A stretch of DNA of 30,475 bases from a virus (taxonomy: Duplodnaviria > Caudoviricetes). Both the position numbers and the translations under genes were made by a program. Positions 25,824-30,475 of this stretch are shown one piece after another. The stretch is from positions 1 through 30,475 of the IMG/VR virus record IMGVR_UViG_3300049042_000218; one strand, 5' to 3'. A model generated the notes under the pieces. The model was not told the DNA's origin. It was given only the letters and a program-made list of their open reading frames with translations, and did no database searches. Each line of letters opens with the position of its first letter. Position 1 is the stretch's first letter.

Positions 25824-25866
25824 CTCTCAAGGTGGCGGCACGGGTTCGAATCCCGTACGGGCTGCA
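25824..25866 (+). mobile_element. attP: attP core: 3' half of tRNA-Glu(CTC)
   Basis: CTCTCAA anticodon loop, GGTGG, T-arm ACGGG-TTCGAAT-CCCGT, acceptor strand ACGGGCT; no matching 5' half upstream; adjacent to integrase. Confidence 0.88.
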
Positions 25867-25916
25867 AACAAAACCCCTGCTCAGACCACAAATCTGGGCA
25901 GGGGTTCTTTGTTTTT
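25866..25916. terminator. Bidirectional-type intrinsic terminator downstream of the tRNA fragment
   Basis: AACCCCTGCTCAGA/TCTGGGCAGGGGTT stem flanked by AAACAAA and CTTTGTTTTT. Confidence 0.8.
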
Positions 25917-25926
25917 CCCTGTCGGT

Positions 25927-25945
25927 CGCGCGTAGCGCGCGTAGT
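25927..25945 (+). repeat. Two tandem arm-type repeats, right arm
   Basis: CGCGCGTAG CGCGCGTAGT, same orientation as the left-arm copies. Confidence 0.8.
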
Positions 25946-25954
25946 TTTCGTCGA

Positions 25955-25983
25955 TTGACACCCGCCCTGCCGTGGTGCAGCAT
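25955..25983 (+). promoter_or_regulatory. Putative integrase promoter (leaderless)
   Basis: TTGACA 25955-25960, 17 bp spacer, CAGCAT 25978-25983, in-frame GTG at 25990. Confidence 0.55.
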
Positions 25984-25989
25984 CGCCCG

Positions 25990-27060
25990 GTGCACCTCCG
26001 CAAACTCGACAACGGCACATGGCAGGTGTCGGTCTACAAGTCCGGCCACCGGGCCTCGGCCACCGCCCGCACCAAGTCCGAAGCGACCAGCAAAGGCGTC
26101 GAACTTCTGCTCGAGCTGGGCGGCCGGCCCAAAGCCAGGGGCATGACGGTGCAAGAACTGACCGCCACCTGGCTGACATCAGCAGACCTTTCGGCCACCT
26201 ACCGGGTCGATGCCGGACGGGTGCTGAACGCGATGCCGGCCACGTTCGCCGACCGCAAGATCGCCGACATAACGCCGAGCGTTATTGAAGGCTTCTATCG
26301 GCAGCTGGGCCGCGACGGCTGGTCCGTGAACCGTGTCCGCCGGCTGCACGCCGTGCTGTCGTCAGCCTGGACGATGGCCCGCCGGTATGAGTGGGCGACC
26401 GTGAACCCGTTCACCGCTGCCAAGCGGCCGGCCGAACCCAAGCGTGAGATCGAGCCGCCATCGGTCGACCAGGTGATCAAGTTCCTCGAGGCTGTCGACG
26501 GCCCATTCGGTCTATTCATCGAACTGGCCGCAGCAACCGGCGCCCGAAGGGGTGAAGTGTGCGCGCTGCAATGGGCCGACATCAAGGACGACGCCATCGT
26601 GATGCGCCGATCAATCTCGCAGGTGCCCGGCGAGTTGGTCGTGACCGACGGCAAGACCGGCGCCAAGGGGCATCGGGTCGTGGCGATCAGCGACGTGTTG
26701 GCGCAGACCCTTGCAGCGCATCGTCGCCGCCAGGTCGAGTTGGCGTTGTCGGCCGGCCTGCCGTCACCGGTGTGGCTGTTCTCGCACGACGCCGGTGTCA
26801 CGCCCTGGCGTCCGGACTACGTGTCGCGAGAGTTTCGACGGCTGAGAGATCGGCTGCAGTTGCCGTCGTCGATCCGGTTGCACGACCTGCGGCACTTCGT
26901 CGCCACGCAGCTGCTGGCTGCTGGCATCCCGTTGAAGACGGTGTCGGAACGGCTTGGTCATCGCCAGTTGTCGACCACATCGGACCGCTACGGGCACTGG
27001 GTGCCTGCTGCCGACCGGGCGGCATCCGACGTGATGGCCGGCCTACGTCGGGCGAAATGA
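25990..27060 (+). CDS. int: Tyrosine integrase
   Basis: TGARRGE (R), HDLRH, LGH and RYGH catalytic motifs; N-terminal arm-binding-like MHLRKLDNGTWQV; alternative starts at 25972/25975. Confidence 0.95.
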   Translation: MHLRKLDNGTWQVSVYKSGHRASATARTKSEATSKGVELLLELGGRPKARGMTVQELTATWLTSADLSATYRVDAGRVLNAMPATFADRKIADITPSVIEGFYRQLGRDGWSVNRVRRLHAVLSSAWTMARRYEWATVNPFTAAKRPAEPKREIEPPSVDQVIKFLEAVDGPFGLFIELAAATGARRGEVCALQWADIKDDAIVMRRSISQVPGELVVTDGKTGAKGHRVVAISDVLAQTLAAHRRRQVELALSAGLPSPVWLFSHDAGVTPWRPDYVSREFRRLRDRLQLPSSIRLHDLRHFVATQLLAAGIPLKTVSERLGHRQLSTTSDRYGHWVPAADRAASDVMAGLRRAK

Positions 27061-27094
27061 CCGAAAAGGTGTTTTGTATACTTCTCGGTTTCGC
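27052..27094. terminator. Imperfect hairpin at the integrase 3' end
   Basis: GCGAAA...CCGA / TCGG...TTTCGC inverted repeat between convergent int and repressor genes. Confidence 0.35.
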
Positions 27095-27123
27095 TTGACG
27101 CCACGCCAAACGGTGTCCATCAT
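27095..27123 (+). promoter_or_regulatory. Rightward promoter pointing into the repressor 3' end
   Basis: TTGACG 27095-27100, 17 bp spacer, CATCAT 27118-27123. Confidence 0.45.
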
Positions 27124-27228
27124 TTCACGCCATGACAACCATGCAGCGGGGGGGGGGCGTCGAGAGCCCATCATTGACACACCCTCGGCCTACCGTCTGC
27201 GTCAGCCGTGGATGCCAGGAGGATGGAC

Positions 27229-27417
27229 GTGAACACCGACGAGTTCGAGACACTGATGCAAGCCAAGATGGCTCGCATCGAGACACTCACCTGTCGGATC
27301 GCCGCCGAGGCATCGCGGCTGCGAGATCAGCAACCGCCTGCGTCTGGTGCAGCAGCTGGTCGGCCAACTGAGCAACGGTCTGCTGCACCTGCAGCATCTT
27401 CGCCTCAAGATCGGTGA
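27229..27417 (+). CDS. Small hypothetical protein overlapping the repressor antisense
   Basis: AGGAGG RBS 6 nt before GTG 27229; helical MNTDEFETLMQAKMARIETL N-terminus. Confidence 0.4.
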   Translation: MNTDEFETLMQAKMARIETLTCRIAAEASRLRDQQPPASGAAAGRPTEQRSAAPAASSPQDR

Positions 27418-27631
27418 CCCGCTGATCGTTGGTGCGGGTGTCGACGTTGATCTGCAGCACCTCGAGCAACCGGTTGATGTTCGCCATCGACGGCGCCGAC
27501 CGGCCGGTCTCCCACTGGGTGACGCTCGCACTGGAGATACCCAAGGCTTCGGCAATCATCCGTTGCGTCAACCCGAGTTCAAGGCGTCGGCGCTTGAGCG
27601 CGTCGCCACTGATCGGTAGATCCTCCTGCAC
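27287..27631 (-). CDS. XRE-family immunity repressor with C-terminal coiled coil
   Basis: LKRRRLELGLTQRMIAEALGISSASVTQWETGRSAP HTH; only convincing minus-strand gene; divergent from the early operon. Confidence 0.9.
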   Translation of the reverse strand: MQEDLPISGDALKRRRLELGLTQRMIAEALGISSASVTQWETGRSAPSMANINRLLEVLQINVDTRTNDQRVTDLEAKMLQVQQTVAQLADQLLHQTQAVADLAAAMPRRRSDR

Positions 27632-27720
27632 GCCCGCACCTTAGCGATGGTTACGAGAAAACACCAGAGCCGAAAGTAATGACTTGTAAGTAACTAGTAA
27701 CTGTGCCTAAAGTACCGGCC
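27632..27720. promoter_or_regulatory. Genetic switch: divergent leaderless promoters with GTAA(C) operator repeats
   Basis: Leftward -10 TAAGGT (27643-27638) 6 nt before repressor GTG; rightward TTGTAA (27684)-18 bp-TAAAGT (27708) 7 nt before ATG 27721; AGTAACT twice at 27689-27702; AT-rich. Confidence 0.7.
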
Positions 27721-27969
27721 ATGACACAACCGAAAGCCACAGCGGCGGAGCTGCTGGCCTCGGCGGTGGTACTGACCACTACCGAAGTCGCAACAGTTCT
27801 CCGCCTCACCTACGTGAAGGGCGCCCGCAAGGGACAGCCGAAGCGCAAGCTGGTGATCGACCTCGTGGACCGTGGGCTGCTGGCCCCGGTGGACCCGACC
27901 GAGCCGTCCTGGCGTTGGCGGTTCTCCACGATGTCCGTCAACCGTTACCTCGGGCAGGTCGCAGCATGA
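27721..27969 (+). CDS. Excisionase/Cro-like winged HTH protein
   Basis: LTTTEVATVL...LVDRGLL...WRF...VNRYL pattern of Xis/HTH_17 proteins; first early gene. Confidence 0.7.
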   Translation: MTQPKATAAELLASAVVLTTTEVATVLRLTYVKGARKGQPKRKLVIDLVDRGLLAPVDPTEPSWRWRFSTMSVNRYLGQVAA

Positions 27970-28100
27970 GCGACGCCATCTTCGGACTGTTCCTCATCTT
28001 CGGATCGTTCGGCACCATCCTCACGGTCGCCGGCTGGATCGCCGACAACCACGGCGACTGGCTTGACCGCATCCCGTTCCTCACCGAGTGGGAGGACTGA
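27966..28100 (+). CDS. Small membrane protein (44 aa)
   Basis: MSDAIFGLFLIFGSFGTILTVAGWIAD; coupled at both ends. Confidence 0.65.
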   Translation: MSDAIFGLFLIFGSFGTILTVAGWIADNHGDWLDRIPFLTEWED

Positions 28101-28483
28101 TGCGCCGACTCCTGCTCGCTGCCGCGCTGATCGCCGGCACGCTCACACCTGGACACGCTGACGCAGCTGCTGGTCGCTGCAAGAGCTACGAACCCCTTCT
28201 TGCCGCCTTGGCCCCTCGAGGCGGCTGGAACATCCCGAAGATGTCCCGGACGATGCACCGCGAGTCGCGTTGCACCGCCTACATCCGCAGCCGCAGTCGT
28301 GACTCGGGCCTGCTGCAGATCAACGACATCAACCTGCCGTACCTGTCGTCGAAGATGGGCCGGCAGATCACGCCCGCAGCGTTGATGGACCCGACCACCA
28401 ACGTGCAGGCCGCCGCCTTGTTGTGCCAATACGCCCGGCGTGCATGGGGATCTTGCTACGTGCCGTGGCGAGGTGGCGCATGA
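28100..28483 (+). CDS. Secreted lytic transglycosylase (SLT/lysozyme-like)
   Basis: GGAGG RBS; signal peptide MRRLLLAAALIAG...ADA; RESRC (catalytic Glu), DSGLLQIN, L.DP..N, PW. Confidence 0.82.
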   Translation: MRRLLLAAALIAGTLTPGHADAAAGRCKSYEPLLAALAPRGGWNIPKMSRTMHRESRCTAYIRSRSRDSGLLQINDINLPYLSSKMGRQITPAALMDPTTNVQAAALLCQYARRAWGSCYVPWRGGA

Positions 28484-28653
28484 GGAGCTGCGTCAACCAC
28501 GTTGCTCACGCCTTGATCGAAGACGTGATCGACGCCGACTGGACCGACCTGCGGAACGTGCTGAACATCGCACGCACCGCCGTCGAGGTCACCGACCTGT
28601 ACCGCACGCTCTACAGCGCCACCGACACGGTGCACTGCTGGAGCAACTCATGA
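28480..28653 (+). CDS. Hypothetical protein
   Basis: GAGGTG RBS, ATGA overlaps on both sides. Confidence 0.55.
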   Translation: MRSCVNHVAHALIEDVIDADWTDLRNVLNIARTAVEVTDLYRTLYSATDTVHCWSNS

Positions 28654-29006
28654 TCGCCGACGACGTGACGCCGCCACATGCACAGGGCGCTGACGACCGT
28701 CTCGGCCAGACGGGCACCGGACCCTCACTTCCGGTGCCCGTCACACTCGACCAGCTTGAGGCCGCGCTGCATCACGTCGTCGAGATCGTGCTCGGCACCG
28801 TGACCCAGCGCGAAGGCCACGCTGCCGCCACCGTGGTGCGCGACAACCTCGACGTCATCATCGACGCCGTGTGGGCCGCCCACCACTACCGGCGGCTCGG
28901 CCACCGCCCGGTCGACGGCGACCCCGAATGGCACGCCATCACGAGCTGGGTGCAGACCGAAGTCGTGAACGCTGGCGACCTTGTCGTGAAGCGGGTCCGG
29001 CTGTGA
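28650..29006 (+). CDS. Hypothetical protein
   Basis: GGAG RBS, coupled ATG 28650, GC3-rich codons. Confidence 0.6.
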   Translation: MIADDVTPPHAQGADDRLGQTGTGPSLPVPVTLDQLEAALHHVVEIVLGTVTQREGHAAATVVRDNLDVIIDAVWAAHHYRRLGHRPVDGDPEWHAITSWVQTEVVNAGDLVVKRVRL

Positions 29007-29449
29007 TCCGTCTCGCACGCCTGGACGGCAGCAACAGCATCTGGCGCGTCACCGGCCAACGAGTCGACGGCTTCTACCGCCTGGAGAACGACCGCACCCA
29101 CTGTTTCGCCGCACCAGTGTTCGTCACCATCATCGCTGGCGCCCGCCACGACGACCCCGACACGTCACACGCAGCCGCCGAAGCACAGACCATCCACAAG
29201 GTCCGAGCAATGCACAACGTCGTGATGTGCATCCTCGAGCAAGGCCCGGCGACCGACTTCGACCTTGCACGCAAGGCGTCGCTCATGTTGAAGAAGGCCG
29301 TCAAGCAGACGTCGATCCGTGTGCGTCGAAAGGAACTGGAACGCCTCGGCCTGGTCTGCGACTCCGGGCGTCGAGGCGTATCCGACACCGGCACCAGCTG
29401 CGTCGTCTGGCAGTTGACGAACGCCGGCCGACAGGCGGCAGCCGCATGA
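29003..29449 (+). CDS. Winged-helix DNA-binding protein
   Basis: ARHDDPDTSHAAA...RRKELERLGLVCDSGRR...G...VW motif common in actinophage early proteins. Confidence 0.72.
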   Translation: MIRLARLDGSNSIWRVTGQRVDGFYRLENDRTHCFAAPVFVTIIAGARHDDPDTSHAAAEAQTIHKVRAMHNVVMCILEQGPATDFDLARKASLMLKKAVKQTSIRVRRKELERLGLVCDSGRRGVSDTGTSCVVWQLTNAGRQAAAA

Positions 29450-29661
29450 GCCTGCATCCGTCACTGCGCCGCCAACCGCAGACACCATCCGACGAGTTCT
29501 GCCACGTCGTCTGCTGCCTGCATGAACGCCTCACCCTGTGCGGCCATCTCACCGACACCGAATACGCCGACGACGGCGACGAAGACGAACCGATGTGCGT
29601 CGTATGCGCCGACCTCGAGCCGAGCGACTTCTGCCCAGCGAGACAGCAATGTCCCGAATGA
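29446..29661 (+). CDS. Small Cys-rich putative zinc-binding protein
   Basis: H..CC...LCG...CVVC...CP....CP. Confidence 0.62.
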   Translation: MSLHPSLRRQPQTPSDEFCHVVCCLHERLTLCGHLTDTEYADDGDEDEPMCVVCADLEPSDFCPARQQCPE

Positions 29662-29840
29662 CCCGCACCGAGCGAGAGCTGCTGCGCCTTCTGCAACAGG
29701 CACACCACAACCTCGACAAGTCAGACCTCGCCCGAGGCATCACCCGCTATCCGAAGCCATTCAACCTGGAGGAAACCAATGGCAACGCACAACCCGAGCG
29801 ACCTGCTCGCCGCAGTACCCGGCCGGCACGCACAGCCTGA
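29658..29840 (+). CDS. Hypothetical protein
   Basis: ATGA-coupled start MTRTERELLRLL; 3' part overlaps the next gene. Confidence 0.4.
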   Translation: MTRTERELLRLLQQAHHNLDKSDLARGITRYPKPFNLEETNGNAQPERPARRSTRPARTA

Positions 29841-30396
29841 CCCCAAGACGCTGGCAACCGTCCCCAAGGGCGGCGTCAACCTCGTCTACATGGGCCACGC
29901 CGAAGTCACCCTGGCGCTCATCGACATCGACCCGCTGTGGACGTGGGAACCGCTCGCCTACGACCCGACCACCGGCGGCCCGCGGATCTCCACGCAAGGC
30001 AACCGCCTCGTCATGTGGGGACGCATCACCGTGCACGGCAAGTCGATCATCGGCGTCGGCACCTGCGAAGCCCGCAAGGGCGAACCCGAGAAGGAACTGG
30101 TCGGCGACATGATCCGCAACGCCGCGATGCGGTTCGGCATCGGCACCAAGTTGTGGTCAAAGGCCGTCGACGAACCTGCCCGGTCGACAAGCCCGCTTGA
30201 CCCGCAACGCAAGAAAGCCGAGCAGGCGGCGGCGCTGTTCGATCGCTGCAAGGGCGCCGACGACACCATCAAGGCCGAGCTGCGCGCGATCGCTGAACAG
30301 GCCGGCCGCAAGATCGGCGTCGCATCGTTCCTTGAGGACGCCGCGTTCGCCCGCCAGATCGCCAACACCCTCGACAAGAAAGCAGCAGCAGCATGA
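29779..30396 (+). CDS. Rad52/Sak-like single-strand annealing protein
   Basis: GGAGG RBS; L.Y.GHA.V...L...DP.W.W, KELVGDMIRNAAMRFGIG..LW; followed by SSB. Confidence 0.8.
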   Translation: MATHNPSDLLAAVPGRHAQPDPKTLATVPKGGVNLVYMGHAEVTLALIDIDPLWTWEPLAYDPTTGGPRISTQGNRLVMWGRITVHGKSIIGVGTCEARKGEPEKELVGDMIRNAAMRFGIGTKLWSKAVDEPARSTSPLDPQRKKAEQAAALFDRCKGADDTIKAELRAIAEQAGRKIGVASFLEDAAFARQIANTLDKKAAAA

Positions 30397-30475
30397 GTGA
30401 CAACAACCTGACCATCTCCGGCAACGTGACATCGGACCCGATCGTCCGGTTCAGCCCGCAAGGCAAAGCCGTCGT
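30393..30475 (+). CDS. ssb: Single-stranded DNA-binding protein (truncated by window end)
   Basis: MSDNNLTISGNVTSDPIVRFSPQGKAV is a typical actinobacterial SSB N-terminus. Confidence 0.85.
   Translation, partial: MSDNNLTISGNVTSDPIVRFSPQGKAV

Noticed and set aside
25790-25866. Complete phage tRNA gene
   Set aside because: No D-arm, no 5' acceptor strand and no 5' anticodon stem; only the 3' half is present, consistent with attP
25792-26154. ORFs spanning attP on either strand
   Set aside because: They cross the tRNA fragment, terminator and arm repeats, and have no coding signature

Overview
About 30 kb of a GC-rich temperate siphovirus with an HK97-type head. The host is probably a non-mycolic actinobacterium; this is inferred from GC content, leaderless promoters, the endolysin type and the absence of a LysB gene. 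Gene order on the + strand: putative late activator; HNH protein; an inserted CX5R phosphatase; cos-like region; TerS/TerL; portal with a long C-terminal extension; a four-gene fibre-like module; prohead protease; major capsid; a glycosylation cassette (GT4-GT2 fusion, GT17, double methyltransferase); head-tail joining genes; two tail-tube paralogues; short tape measure; tail tip; a split lysis cassette flanking LamG fibre genes; a metallophosphoesterase operon. Then comes an intact attP (3' half of tRNA-Glu(CTC) flanked by CGCGCGTAGT arm-type repeats), a tyrosine integrase, an XRE repressor (- strand) divergent from a Xis-like gene, and early genes including a secreted lytic transglycosylase, a Rad52-like annealase and a truncated SSB. 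Because attP is intact with phage genes on both sides, this is the excised or virion form, not an integrated prophage. The most novel-looking items are (1) a long RNA hairpin in the capsid leader with two identical ACCCGGA/CACCACG internal loops, (2) a portal-linked Thr-rich repeat/bead/lectin fibre module, and (3) a virion glycosylation cassette preceded by a structured leader with alternative pairings. All protein calls come from reading motifs and synteny by eye; no database search was run.
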